Positions 1 to 9,568 of a stretch of 64,000 bases of DNA are shown piece after piece. The DNA lies in NCBI GenBank assembly GCA_007693605.1, contig REDG01000045.1, forward strand, positions 2,043 through 66,042, given 5' to 3'. The translations under genes were made by a program, and so were the position numbers. How positions within the stretch are numbered: position 1 is the stretch's first letter; each line of letters opens with the position of its first letter. The notes beneath the pieces are model-generated. The model did no database searches. It saw only the letters and a program-made list of their open reading frames with translations, and was not told the DNA's origin. The DNA comes from Bradymonadales bacterium (GTDB taxonomy: Bacteria > Bdellovibrionota > UBA2394).

Positions 1-1
1 T

Positions 2-505
2 TCAATTCACCCTTTTGATGATGGCAATGGACGGATCGCTCGAGCGATTACAGATATGGCACTCACTCAAGACGAGCAGACCCAAAGAAGGCTATACAGT
101 CTCTCCGCACAGATTTTAAAAGAAAGAAATTCGTACTATGAAGTTTTAGAAGAGTCTCAAAAAGGGAATGTCGACATCACAAGGTGGCTAAACTGGTTTT
201 TAAAAACCTATCGCAATGCCATTGCGAACTCTCAGGAAGTCATTGATAAGGCGCTTAAGATTTCTCAGTTTTGGCAAGAACATAAGAAAATCGAGATGAA
301 CGAGAGGCAACTTAAGGTTGTGAACAAAATTTTAGAAAAAGGCGCTGACCAGTTTGAAGGCGGTATGACAAATAAAAAATATGTAAGCATAACAAAAACC
401 AGCCCTGCCACAGCAAAGCGAGACCTCGCAGACCTAGAAAGAAAAGGCATTCTCAAAAAAAATTCTTCCAAAGGTCGGAGTGTAAGTTATAGCCTGGTTG
501 AGTAA
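2..505 (+). CDS. Fic family protein, 5'-truncated by the window edge, with C-terminal wHTH
   Basis: Frame is open upstream of the listed ORF and reads SIHPFDDGNGRIARAITDM (Fic motif HPFxDGNGR); C-terminal TSPATAKRDLADL helix-turn-helix. Confidence 0.9.
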   Translation, partial: SIHPFDDGNGRIARAITDMALTQDEQTQRRLYSLSAQILKERNSYYEVLEESQKGNVDITRWLNWFLKTYRNAIANSQEVIDKALKISQFWQEHKKIEMNERQLKVVNKILEKGADQFEGGMTNKKYVSITKTSPATAKRDLADLERKGILKKNSSKGRSVSYSLVE

Positions 506-640
506 TTGGCTTTCCCTCGTGGATCCCTCTTACTGACTTGCCCGTTGTGCTCGGGCCCCTGCAAAATCATCTCGGCCATCCAAGACAAAAAAGCCCTCAT
601 CAAAATCTTATGCCGCCGACTCGAACGACTTTCATATTGA
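506..640 (+). pseudogene. Possible remnant of the C-terminus of an IS91-like transposase
   Basis: Translates LLLTCPLCSGPCKIISAIQDKKALIKIL, preceded by out-of-frame VDP; resembles the DPLxCPxCGGxMxIIAxIxDxxxIxKIL tail of IS91-family transposases. Confidence 0.45.
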
Positions 641-787
641 GATAAGAAAGTTTTCGACCTTGGCCCCGAAGTTTGTAAGGGTTTGAGCTGAGTCAAAAAA
701 TAGCGTTTAAATGCCTTCTCCCTATTACAATACCGGCGATGATTTCGTTGCCATTCTCTGCCTCCCTCTCTTAGCCAGGAAACTCCG

Positions 788-1027
788 GTGACTTTGAGTC
801 CGAACGAACTAACAGCCTGGCCACAGTTCGTAGCCAAACTTCGATCAGCAGCCCCGACAGACGCCATAGGAAGAAAGAGCGCGAAGGCGACTCCGAAAAG
901 CTTCACTCGGTTAAATCGAAAGGCTAAGGCCATCATGAGTGGAACAGCTTTAGACCCGGTCGGTGTAATCGTCAAGACGCCCCAAAATGGCAGTAGAAGG
1001 CCTCAGCTAAGGCTTGTGGGGCGATAG
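788..1027 (+). CDS. Small basic hypothetical protein
   Basis: GTG start with AGGA 7 nt upstream; ends RPQLRLVGR; no recognisable family. Confidence 0.3.
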   Translation: MTLSPNELTAWPQFVAKLRSAAPTDAIGRKSAKATPKSFTRLNRKAKAIMSGTALDPVGVIVKTPQNGSRRPQLRLVGR

Positions 1028-1265
1028 AATCTGATCTCTGGTTTCAAGGACCGAAATTGGAGAATCTGTTCATAGAAAAATTTTGGGAATGCTCTTCTAA
1101 GACCGCTCTATGCCCGAAAATTTGAGGGCATTTAAACTGGCCGCTTGGGCTCATAGGCGTTAGCTTAGGAGGCTTGCAGCGGTAGTGAAAAGACTCGTTT
1201 CACCGCTGAGGTTCTTGGTCGGGCCTCGATATTTTACAGAAAATTCTGAATTCCGAGGAGGATGA

Positions 1266-2645
1266 ATGACGACAAGCGTTTCAAAGAAAATGCGGCTATT
1301 TGGCCTTCAACACCTGGACCGAATTCCCCAGATTCGGCAGCTCTCTGAAGAGCAGATTTTTGCCACCCGAGTGGTGGCCAGCGTTCTCCCCTTTCGTGTG
1401 AACAACTATGTCTTAGATGAGCTGATTGATTGGTCAAACATTCCGCGAGATCCAATTTTTCAGCTGACATTCATGCAAAAGGATATGTTAGAGCCGAAGC
1501 ACTTTTCAAGGATGGCAGATCTGATAAAAGCAAAGGCTCCAAAGCACGAAATCAATCAGGCTGCCAATGAGATTCGACTGGAACTGAATCCGCATCCTGC
1601 CGGACAGTTGAGCGCAAATGTTCCGGAAATGAACAACCAAAGCGTGCCCGGCGTTCAGCACAAGTACAGAGAAACTTGTTTGGTTTTTCCATCTTCAGGC
1701 CAAACCTGCTTCTCTTACTGCACCTTTTGCTTTCGGTGGCCTCAGTTCGTGGGTCTACAGGATTTCAAGTTTACCACCGACGAAGCCAACCAATTCTTGA
1801 ACTATATTGAGCAGAAAAAAGAAATCACGGATATTCTCGTCACAGGGGGTGATCCCTTAATCATGTCAGCTAGCCGTCTGAGCGCCTACCTTGAACCACT
1901 CCTGCGACCAGAGTTTGATCATGTCCGAAGCATTCGACTCGGAACCAAAGTTTTGGGCTACTGGCCTTATCGATTTATAACCGACCGAGATGCCGACGAA
2001 CTCCTAAGACTTTTTCAGAAACTGGCCGATAGCGGAAAGCATTTGGCCTTTATGGCCCACTTTAACCACCCACGAGAATTGGAAACGGATGCGGTTCAGC
2101 AAGCGGTCTCTCGATTGAGAAACACCGGACTTCAGATTCGCACGCAGTCCCCCATTCTAAAACATATCAACGACGACCCAGAAGTTTGGTCCTCGATGTG
2201 GCAAAAGCAAGTTGAAATGGGAATGATTCCCTACTATATGTTTGTGGAAAGAGACACCGGCCCTAGGCAGTATTTTGAGATTCCATTGGTAAGAACTTGG
2301 AGGCTCTATCAACGGGCGATTCAAAAGGTGTCTGGTTTAGCCCGAACGGTGAGAGGCCCTTCGATGAGTTGCCTTCCTGGTAAGGTCTGTGTTGAGGGAA
2401 TCGCCGAGATTAACTCTCAAAAGCTTTTCGTCCTGAGTATGCTTCAGGGCAGAAATCCTGACTGGGTGAAAAGACCCTTTTTCGCGGCCTACGATGAGTC
2501 TGCTGTTTGGCTTGATGATCTTCGTCCTGCATTTGGTGAAAAAGAATTCTTTTTTGAGGCCGAACTTCAAAAACTTCTTCGCAAAGATGCCGGTCAGTCG
2601 ACACCAAAGGCTCCAGCCCTAGAAAACAGACGGTTGTCTTCCTAA
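1266..2645 (+). CDS. KamA-family radical SAM 2,3-aminomutase (long type)
   Basis: CFSYCTFCFRW CxxxCxxC motif, TGGDP, AHFNHPREL, PYYMFVERDTG, RGPSMS..PGKV; GAGGAGG SD. Confidence 0.88.
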   Translation: MTTSVSKKMRLFGLQHLDRIPQIRQLSEEQIFATRVVASVLPFRVNNYVLDELIDWSNIPRDPIFQLTFMQKDMLEPKHFSRMADLIKAKAPKHEINQAANEIRLELNPHPAGQLSANVPEMNNQSVPGVQHKYRETCLVFPSSGQTCFSYCTFCFRWPQFVGLQDFKFTTDEANQFLNYIEQKKEITDILVTGGDPLIMSASRLSAYLEPLLRPEFDHVRSIRLGTKVLGYWPYRFITDRDADELLRLFQKLADSGKHLAFMAHFNHPRELETDAVQQAVSRLRNTGLQIRTQSPILKHINDDPEVWSSMWQKQVEMGMIPYYMFVERDTGPRQYFEIPLVRTWRLYQRAIQKVSGLARTVRGPSMSCLPGKVCVEGIAEINSQKLFVLSMLQGRNPDWVKRPFFAAYDESAVWLDDLRPAFGEKEFFFEAELQKLLRKDAGQSTPKAPALENRRLSS

Positions 2646-2669
2646 GCATTCTCGGGAATGCTATAAAGG

Positions 2670-5129
2670 ATGTGGTTGAGAAAATTTCTGAGCTTCCACT
2701 GGCGATTTCCACTCGTCGGAATTGTGGCAAGCCTCGTTTTTTCTTTTGCTGGCATCTGGCTTTCGCTAGATCTCGGCCTCGATACCGACATCAAGAGCCT
2801 TTTACCTCAACAGAGCGAGAGCGTTCAAAATCTCAACGCCTTGGAGCCCAAGGCTGGCAGCAGCAACTATTTTCTAGTGACTCTCTGGGGCGGGCCGCTT
2901 GAAGACCGTGTAAAGGCCGCAAGAGCCCTTAGTAGAGATCTGCTAGAGGCACCCGACTTGGCGCGCTCTGTGCGATATCAAACCCCTAAGGCCTTTTTTG
3001 AAGATAAAAAGTTTGTTCTCATCCCCACCCCCACTCTTGAACGAATTCTAAACCGCCTGCAGCGAGAGCGCCGAGAGCACTCCGAATTCACCGATCCCTT
3101 TGGACTCGAAAGAAGAGATTCTGGGAGTCAAGCCGAAGCCCCTCCCGTCAGCCCCGAGGAAGAAGAGGCCGAATCGGAAGACTTGGATCGAGCCAAGTCT
3201 TTGATGCGGTCACTAGATGAAATGCGCCCGTATTATTCAAGTAAAGATGGAAAGTTCTTAAGCCTTGTCGTTATTCCCAATGCCGACAGTTTCAGCATCT
3301 CAAAAAACCGAGAGCTGATTGCTCAAGTTGATGAGCTTTTGGAAAACTTTGAATTCTCTTCTTTTCACCCCGAGATACAAGCTGCTGCTCACGGAAGTCT
3401 GCATCGGCAGATCGACAAGTTTGAGTCCATTCAACGGGACCTTTCCTCTGGCACTTGGGTTTTCTTCGCAATCATTCTAATCATCAGTCTTTACTTTAGA
3501 AGTCTGTGGGCGAATTTAATGATCTTGCCCCCATTGATTGTAGGCATGGCCAGCGGCTATGGCCTGGTGAGCCAGCTAGAGGGCAGTTTGAATACCATCG
3601 CCGTTTTTCTTGTTCTTATTGTCTTCGGAGTCGGCATCGACTTTGGCGCACACCTTCTCGCAAGGTATCTTCAAGAGAGAAAGAAATTCAATCCTCAAGA
3701 AAGCATTCTTACGACTTGGCAAACTACCGGGCGGGCTACTGTCACTTCTGCGGTTGCTCTTGTAGCTGGTTTTGGAATTTTAGCGGTGAGCTCATTCGAG
3801 GGCTTCTCTCAGTTTGGACGAGTGGCCGTTGTCTTGTTGAGCCTGACAGCGATAAGCTTCCTATTGCTGATGCCTTCTTGGATCTTTCTGTGCGAGAAGC
3901 TCAGAAGAGAAAGCGCTTGGCCAAATAGTCTTTCGGACATTTTTTGGAATCGAGGCCAGAGCTGGTTTCGTCCTCAGATCGCCAGGTATGCTCGCAGGCT
4001 TCGACAGGCCACTCTTGTTTTAGCACCCATTTGCCTGCTTGCCGGAGCTGCATTTGTACGATTCGACTACGCCTTTGAGGAGGGCTCCTCTAGCGTTCAG
4101 AGACTTCCAAAAGAGTATCAAGGGGATAGCTTCTCAGAGAGATTAAAACCCTCAGCAATTGCCGTCTTTAAAGGTGAAGAAACGGCTGCCCATTTCGTTG
4201 AAAAGTTTCAAATTGAAGCGAGCAACTACCCTGACATCGCTCTTGTGAACGGGCTCGCCTCTGTTTTTCCCCCCGACCAAGAAACTCGAATCGATTTGCT
4301 CCAGCAAATTGCTGATGAGATTGAGCCCTCTTTGATTCAAAGATTTGAAGACGAAGAGGTCCAAGAAGTCTTACTTGAGATTGAGGAGAAGGCTTACGAC
4401 CTTTTTCCTTATTCTTTGGATGAAGTGCCCCCAGATTTACAAGAACCATTTTTTGCTTCTGGCTCTTCGGGTGAACAGCTCGTTTATATATTCGATGTCG
4501 GCGGCCCAACAGACGGTCGAAAGGCAATCCGCTTCAGTGAGGCGGTGGAACAGTTTTTGGAGGACTTCCAGTTTGACCCTCTTTACGCTGGCCATGAGAT
4601 TCTCTTTGCCGACATTGTCACTCGAGTCACTACCGAGGGTCCCCTACTGGTTCTTGGAATGCTTCTGCTTGTTTTTCTAGTTTGCTTTTCTGATTTCCGC
4701 TCTTTAAAGCCCGCATTGATTGTCATGTCTCCGGTGGTTCTGGGCTTTTTGTTTACCGGCCTTTTGCTGAGCATTTTTGATATTCAACTTAACTTTTTTA
4801 ATATGGCCGCGCTGGCCTCCTTGGGAAGCCTGGTGGTGGACAACAGCATCCATCTCTACCATCGCTATCTTGGGCTGGTGAATGTCGGTCATCCCCGTGC
4901 GGCATGGGGGGCCACCCTGGCCATTGGACCGACCGTCACGGCTTGTACCCTCACCTCAACCTCTGCTTATTGGGCCCTACTGATGGCGGATCACAACGGA
5001 ATTTCTTCACTTGGGGCCGTCGCCGTGATTGGATTGCTTTGCTGCCTAGTCAGTGCGGTCATCTTTTTTCCTGCTTGGCTTATGGCGAGAGATGAGCTGC
5101 GTGAGCTTGATCAACAAAAAGTTGGATGA
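2670..5129 (+). CDS. MMPL/RND family lipid transporter (HpnN-like)
   Basis: Two repeats of TM + periplasmic domain + 5 TM; GIDFGAH and VVDNSIHLYHRY motifs; next to hpnH. Confidence 0.85.
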   Translation: MWLRKFLSFHWRFPLVGIVASLVFSFAGIWLSLDLGLDTDIKSLLPQQSESVQNLNALEPKAGSSNYFLVTLWGGPLEDRVKAARALSRDLLEAPDLARSVRYQTPKAFFEDKKFVLIPTPTLERILNRLQRERREHSEFTDPFGLERRDSGSQAEAPPVSPEEEEAESEDLDRAKSLMRSLDEMRPYYSSKDGKFLSLVVIPNADSFSISKNRELIAQVDELLENFEFSSFHPEIQAAAHGSLHRQIDKFESIQRDLSSGTWVFFAIILIISLYFRSLWANLMILPPLIVGMASGYGLVSQLEGSLNTIAVFLVLIVFGVGIDFGAHLLARYLQERKKFNPQESILTTWQTTGRATVTSAVALVAGFGILAVSSFEGFSQFGRVAVVLLSLTAISFLLLMPSWIFLCEKLRRESAWPNSLSDIFWNRGQSWFRPQIARYARRLRQATLVLAPICLLAGAAFVRFDYAFEEGSSSVQRLPKEYQGDSFSERLKPSAIAVFKGEETAAHFVEKFQIEASNYPDIALVNGLASVFPPDQETRIDLLQQIADEIEPSLIQRFEDEEVQEVLLEIEEKAYDLFPYSLDEVPPDLQEPFFASGSSGEQLVYIFDVGGPTDGRKAIRFSEAVEQFLEDFQFDPLYAGHEILFADIVTRVTTEGPLLVLGMLLLVFLVCFSDFRSLKPALIVMSPVVLGFLFTGLLLSIFDIQLNFFNMAALASLGSLVVDNSIHLYHRYLGLVNVGHPRAAWGATLAIGPTVTACTLTSTSAYWALLMADHNGISSLGAVAVIGLLCCLVSAVIFFPAWLMARDELRELDQQKVG

Positions 5130-5141
5130 TGCGAACAAAGT

Positions 5142-5462
5142 TTAGGAAGTTTTTTTCTCAAGCTTCTTGTTCTGCCAATCTTCCCAACTCTTTCCCTTTG
5201 CTTCGTCCTTGCCGCTAAACTCAATTGATTCCACATCTTTTGAAGGAATCTTTCGAACGGCCGAGGAGCCGTTTTCAAACAGTTCGAGGCTGCCCGCACG
5301 GTAGTTGAATAAGAAAGCCTCCACCTTCTCGCCGCCCACCAAACACAGGCTGATATCCCCTCGATAGTCGACCGCCGATTGAAGCACCCGATCAAAATCG
5401 GGCTCAGTCCGGCGAGCAAAGAAGCCCTGCTCTCCAAATTTGACATCACTAGGCATTGGCAA
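5142..5462 (-). CDS. Conserved hypothetical protein coupled to hpnH
   Basis: Overlaps the hpnH stop; DYRGD...GKSWEDW motif pattern. Confidence 0.7.
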   Translation of the reverse strand: MPMPSDVKFGEQGFFARRTEPDFDRVLQSAVDYRGDISLCLVGGEKVEAFLFNYRAGSLELFENGSSAVRKIPSKDVESIEFSGKDEAKGKSWEDWQNKKLEKKTS

Positions 5463-6543
5463 CCTTTCTGTCTTCCTGGCTTTCGCTCAAGTCCTCTTCT
5501 TGAATGTCTGCTAACTCGGGTTTCGGAACGCGAAGGCCAAACAGGGTCGCCCGAACGGTGGCCAGAAATCCACCCAGAGAGCTGAATGTATGATCGACCG
5601 CCGTGGGTTCGTGACCGCAATGGACCATACAGTTCTGACAGGAGGGGTTTTTGCTCTTAAAGCCGTAAGCCTCCCACTGAGTTTCTTCCATCAACTCCTT
5701 GAAACTCTCGGCGTATCCCTCCTGAAGGAGATAGCAAGGTTTTTGCCAACCAAAAATATTATAGGTCGGATTCCCCCAGGGCGTGCACTCAAAATGTCTC
5801 GCACCCGCCAAGTATTCCAAAAAGAGTGGGGACTGATTGAATCGCCATTGCTTTTTCAATCCTGAAAAAATTCTTCTGAAAAGTTGGTGCGTCTTCTCCC
5901 TTTCAAGAAAGCTCTCTTGATCTGGGGCCTTAGGATAACTGTAGCCTGGCGAAACCATCATCCCCTCAACTCCAACCTCCATCATGCGATCGAAAAACGC
6001 TTGAACTCGCTCCGCCTTTGCTCCTTCAAACAGAGTTGTGTTTGTAGTCACCCTGAAGCCTCGCTGAATCGCAAGCTCAATTCCTTCTAAAGCCTTTTGA
6101 TAAACTCCATCACGACATACGGCCTCATCATGTTCTTTCTCTAAGCCGTCCATATGTACAGAAAAGCTCAAGTACTTACTGGGCTTGAAAAGATCCAATT
6201 TCGATTTCAACAAAATTGCATTGGTGCAAAGGTAGATATACTTCTTTCGAGCCACCAAGCCTTCTACAATTTCTTTGATCTCCGGATGAAGCAGAGGCTC
6301 TCCCCCTGGGATGCTCACCATCGGAGCACCACATTCGTCAACAGCTCGAAAACAATCTTCTGCGCTGAGGCGTCGGTCCAAAATATGTTTCGGGTACTGA
6401 ATCTTCCCGCAACCCGCGCAGCTTAAATTACAGCGAAATAGAGGCTCAAGCATCAGAACAAGGGGGTAGCGCCGCCTTCCCCGAATTCTTTGTGATAGTA
6501 CATAAGAGGCCACCGTCCAAGCCTGTGAAATTGGAACTCCCAT
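5449..6543 (-). CDS. hpnH: Adenosylhopane-forming radical SAM enzyme HpnH
   Basis: RYPLVLMLEPLFRCNLSCAGCGKI, CTPWGNPTYNIFGWQKPCYLL, CQNCMVHCG signatures. Confidence 0.93.
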   Translation of the reverse strand: MGVPISQAWTVASYVLSQRIRGRRRYPLVLMLEPLFRCNLSCAGCGKIQYPKHILDRRLSAEDCFRAVDECGAPMVSIPGGEPLLHPEIKEIVEGLVARKKYIYLCTNAILLKSKLDLFKPSKYLSFSVHMDGLEKEHDEAVCRDGVYQKALEGIELAIQRGFRVTTNTTLFEGAKAERVQAFFDRMMEVGVEGMMVSPGYSYPKAPDQESFLEREKTHQLFRRIFSGLKKQWRFNQSPLFLEYLAGARHFECTPWGNPTYNIFGWQKPCYLLQEGYAESFKELMEETQWEAYGFKSKNPSCQNCMVHCGHEPTAVDHTFSSLGGFLATVRATLFGLRVPKPELADIQEEDLSESQEDRKVANA

Positions 6544-6600
6544 AAAGCTGAGTCTAAACCCCGAGGGTCAGGAGTGTAAACAAACTTGGCGGCATTTCGA

Positions 6601-6628
6601 TTGACCACCCCACTGTAATCAGTAGATT
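6601..6628 (+). promoter_or_regulatory. Putative sigma70 promoter of the gcv operon
   Basis: TTGACC-16 nt-TAGATT upstream of GAGGAG SD and the gcvT ATG. Confidence 0.4.
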
Positions 6629-6651
6629 GCGCAGGCGAGGAGATAGTTAGA

Positions 6652-7767
6652 ATGCCATTGAAACAGAGCCCTCTTCACGAGGAGCACCTTCGGCTCTCGG
6701 CCCGAATGCAAGACTTCGCAGGTTTCGAGATGCCCATTTCCTATGATGCCCAGACGGGTGGAACCATCAAGGAGCACCTTCAGGTTCGATCGGGGGTCGG
6801 AATTTTTGATGTGTCGCATATGGGTCAACTATTTGTTGAGGGGGCCGTCGCAACAGAATTTCTCTCTTATGCTTGTACGCGGGATTTTCATCAAGCAAAG
6901 GATGGTCGCGCCACCTACTGCCTTCTACTGAATGAGAATGCGGGGGTGATTGACGACATCATTGTCTATCGACGGTCGAAAGATCGCTATCTCTTGATTG
7001 TCAATGCGGCAAATATTCAAAAGGATTTTGAGCATTTAAAGAGACTGGCCCTGGACTTTAAGGTGGAAGTTCGAAATGAAAGCGAGGCTTGGGCCCTGAT
7101 TGCAGTTCAAGGCCCCCAGGCCACAAAGGCCTTGGAGGCCAGCCTCAATAGCCTAAATTTGAAGCATCCCCCCTTAGATGACCTGAAATACTATAGTTTT
7201 GTTGAGACTGAAAATTTTTGGATCGCCAGAACGGGCTATACCGGCGAAGAAGGTTTCGAGTGGATGCTCAAGCCAGAGGCCGCTCCCCACGCCTGGGGAG
7301 CGCTCATCAGAGAGGCGGCGATGCCGATTGGCTTGGCGGCTCGAGACACCCTTAGAATGGAGGTGGGCTTTCCTCTCTACGGCCAGGAGCTTTCGGAAAC
7401 CGAGAATGCTTCTGAGAGCCTGTCTCAATTCGCAATTCGTAACCCCTCAGAATTCTTTGGTAAATCTAAGTTAAGGCTTCCCCCAGGTCGGCAGTTCTTT
7501 GGCTTTCTCGCAGAGAATTCCAAGCCCATGAGGGCTTTGGAGAACCTCTGGCTTGGCGAGAAGCGGGTCGGACAGCTGACGAGTGGAAGCTATTCCCCCT
7601 GCTTGGGCAAGGGAATGGGCCTAGGGTGGCTAGACCTCAATCAGATTGAGAAGCCCGCTCAAGAAGGCGCCGTTTTTATGCTTGAGTCTCGCGGAAAACG
7701 GAGAGAGGCTAAGGCGATAAACCTGCCGTTTCTAGAAACCGCACGGGTTAAGAGAAAGCCAAACTAA
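6652..7767 (+). CDS. gcvT: Glycine cleavage aminomethyltransferase T
   Basis: FAGFEMP, FDVSHMG, ARTGYTGEEGFE, GLAARDTLRME. Confidence 0.95.
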   Translation: MPLKQSPLHEEHLRLSARMQDFAGFEMPISYDAQTGGTIKEHLQVRSGVGIFDVSHMGQLFVEGAVATEFLSYACTRDFHQAKDGRATYCLLLNENAGVIDDIIVYRRSKDRYLLIVNAANIQKDFEHLKRLALDFKVEVRNESEAWALIAVQGPQATKALEASLNSLNLKHPPLDDLKYYSFVETENFWIARTGYTGEEGFEWMLKPEAAPHAWGALIREAAMPIGLAARDTLRMEVGFPLYGQELSETENASESLSQFAIRNPSEFFGKSKLRLPPGRQFFGFLAENSKPMRALENLWLGEKRVGQLTSGSYSPCLGKGMGLGWLDLNQIEKPAQEGAVFMLESRGKRREAKAINLPFLETARVKRKPN

Positions 7768-7801
7768 ATTTTAAGACTGCGAAGGGAGAGTAGAGCTCAA
7801 A

Positions 7802-8224
7802 ATGGCAGAGTCAGCCGAATCTGGATTTAAAGTTCCTCAAGATTTATTTTATACAAAGAATCACGAATGGGCCCGGATAGAAGACGGAATAGCCGTGGTC
7901 GGCATTACCGATTACGCTCAGAGCCAACTCGGCGACATCACCTATGTCGAACTTCCTGAAGAGGGGGATGATTTCAAAAAGGACGCCGTTTTTGGAACGG
8001 TCGACTCTCTAAAGACCGTGGCTGAACTTTACGCTCCTTTGTCAGGAAGTGTTGTTGAGATCAACTCAGAGCTTCCGAACAATGCGGAACGAGTGAATGA
8101 AGATCCTTATCAGGAGGGCTGGATTATCAAATTAGAAATAGGCAACGAATCGGAGCTTGAAGAGCTCATGCCCGCTGATCAATATTTGAAGTTGATTTCC
8201 AAGCTAAGCAAGAAAAAGGCTTAA
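7802..8224 (+). CDS. gcvH: Glycine cleavage system H protein
   Basis: YTKNHEW, GITDYAQSQLGD, lipoyl Lys in DSLKTVAE, NEDPYQEGW. Confidence 0.95.
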   Translation: MAESAESGFKVPQDLFYTKNHEWARIEDGIAVVGITDYAQSQLGDITYVELPEEGDDFKKDAVFGTVDSLKTVAELYAPLSGSVVEINSELPNNAERVNEDPYQEGWIIKLEIGNESELEELMPADQYLKLISKLSKKKA

Positions 8225-8230
8225 ATCTCT

Positions 8231-9568
8231 ATGAAGTACATCCCTCAGTCGGAGCAAGATCGCTCTGACATGCTCGAAACAATTGGAGTTGATTCCATTG
8301 AAGACCTGTTTTCGGCTATTCCGAAGAACTACCGCTGCCCCGAACAGATTGACTATCCTCAAGCACAATCTGAGTCTGAGTTGAGGGATCAGTTCAAAGG
8401 ACTTTCAGATTTGTCAGAAAGCCCCCAGCTGAGCTTTGCTGGTTGTGGAATTTATCAGCACGAAATTCCTTCCATTGTTCCTTTTCTCACACAACGCAGT
8501 GAATTTGCCACCTCCTACACCCCCTACCAACCAGAAGTTTCTCAGGGGAGCTTGCAGTGCATTTTTGAGTTTCAAACACTGGCCTGCCAACTCACTGAAA
8601 TGGAGCTCTCAAATGCCTCCCTTTATGATGGCGCAACAGCCCTTGGCGAAGCCGCCTTAATGGCACTGAGAATAAAAAAAAAGAGCAAGGCTAAAATTCT
8701 TGTAAGCTCGGCTCTTCATCCATTTTATCGCGAGGTGCTGGAAACTTATTGTGAGGCGTTTCTAGATCGATTTGAGTGGCTTCCTCTCGACGGAAACAGT
8801 CTCGATTTAGCCGCTCTTGAAAAGAAGATTGAGTCGGCAGATCTATTGATTACTCAAAGTCCTAATGTTTTCGGTTCGATCGAGAATGAAGCAAGAATTG
8901 GTGAGATTAAGAAGACCTCTGATGCGCTTTGGATCACATCGTGCATGGAGCCCTTTTTCTGGGGAGCTTTTCGAGGCCCAGGAGCCTTTGGTGCCGACAT
9001 TGTCACCGCAGAGGGTCAAAGTTTCGGGAACAAAGCTTTTTTGGGAGGCTCTAGTTTTGGGATCTTCTGCTGTAAGAACGAATTCCTTCGCAACTTGCCT
9101 GGTCGTCTTGTTGGAGAGACGCTCGACCAGAATGGAGACCGAGCTTTCACCCTGACATTCGCTACGCGAGAGCAATTCATTCGTAGGGGAAGAGCGACTT
9201 CGAACATTTGCACCAACAACAACTTGAATATGCTGGCTGGGCTCATTCATATGCTCTGCTTGGGTCGGCAGGGCTTAAGGGAAGTGGCGCTTCAGAGTAT
9301 TTCGAAAACTCAGTACTTGAGGCGCTCGTTGTCGAAGATCTCAGGCCTAAAGCTAACAAAAGATCCCGTATTCAATGAGTTTTGCATCGAGAGCCCTCTG
9401 ACCGGAGACGAGCTGGTTGAAAGACTATCGCAAGAAGGAGTGATTCCGGGAGTTTCACTAGGGAGATTTAAAGAAGAATGGAAACACAAACTTTTGATTC
9501 ATGTGAGCGAAAGACATCGTCTCGAACATCTGGATCGCCTATGCACACTCATACAAAAGAGCCTATGA
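8231..9568 (+). CDS. gcvPA: Glycine dehydrogenase subunit 1
   Basis: TSYTPYQPEVSQG, NASLYDGATA, TREQFIRRGRATSNICTN. Confidence 0.95.
   Translation: MKYIPQSEQDRSDMLETIGVDSIEDLFSAIPKNYRCPEQIDYPQAQSESELRDQFKGLSDLSESPQLSFAGCGIYQHEIPSIVPFLTQRSEFATSYTPYQPEVSQGSLQCIFEFQTLACQLTEMELSNASLYDGATALGEAALMALRIKKKSKAKILVSSALHPFYREVLETYCEAFLDRFEWLPLDGNSLDLAALEKKIESADLLITQSPNVFGSIENEARIGEIKKTSDALWITSCMEPFFWGAFRGPGAFGADIVTAEGQSFGNKAFLGGSSFGIFCCKNEFLRNLPGRLVGETLDQNGDRAFTLTFATREQFIRRGRATSNICTNNNLNMLAGLIHMLCLGRQGLREVALQSISKTQYLRRSLSKISGLKLTKDPVFNEFCIESPLTGDELVERLSQEGVIPGVSLGRFKEEWKHKLLIHVSERHRLEHLDRLCTLIQKSL

Noticed and set aside
487-975. 162-aa minus-strand ORF
   Set aside because: No SD or family features; conflicts with better-supported plus-strand fragments
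1266-2645. EF-P lysylation protein EpmB
   Set aside because: Too long (459 aa), different motif set, no efp or epmA nearby
6544-6651. Glycine riboswitch upstream of gcvT
   Set aside because: Only 108 bp, occupied by divergent promoters; no aptamer motifs seen
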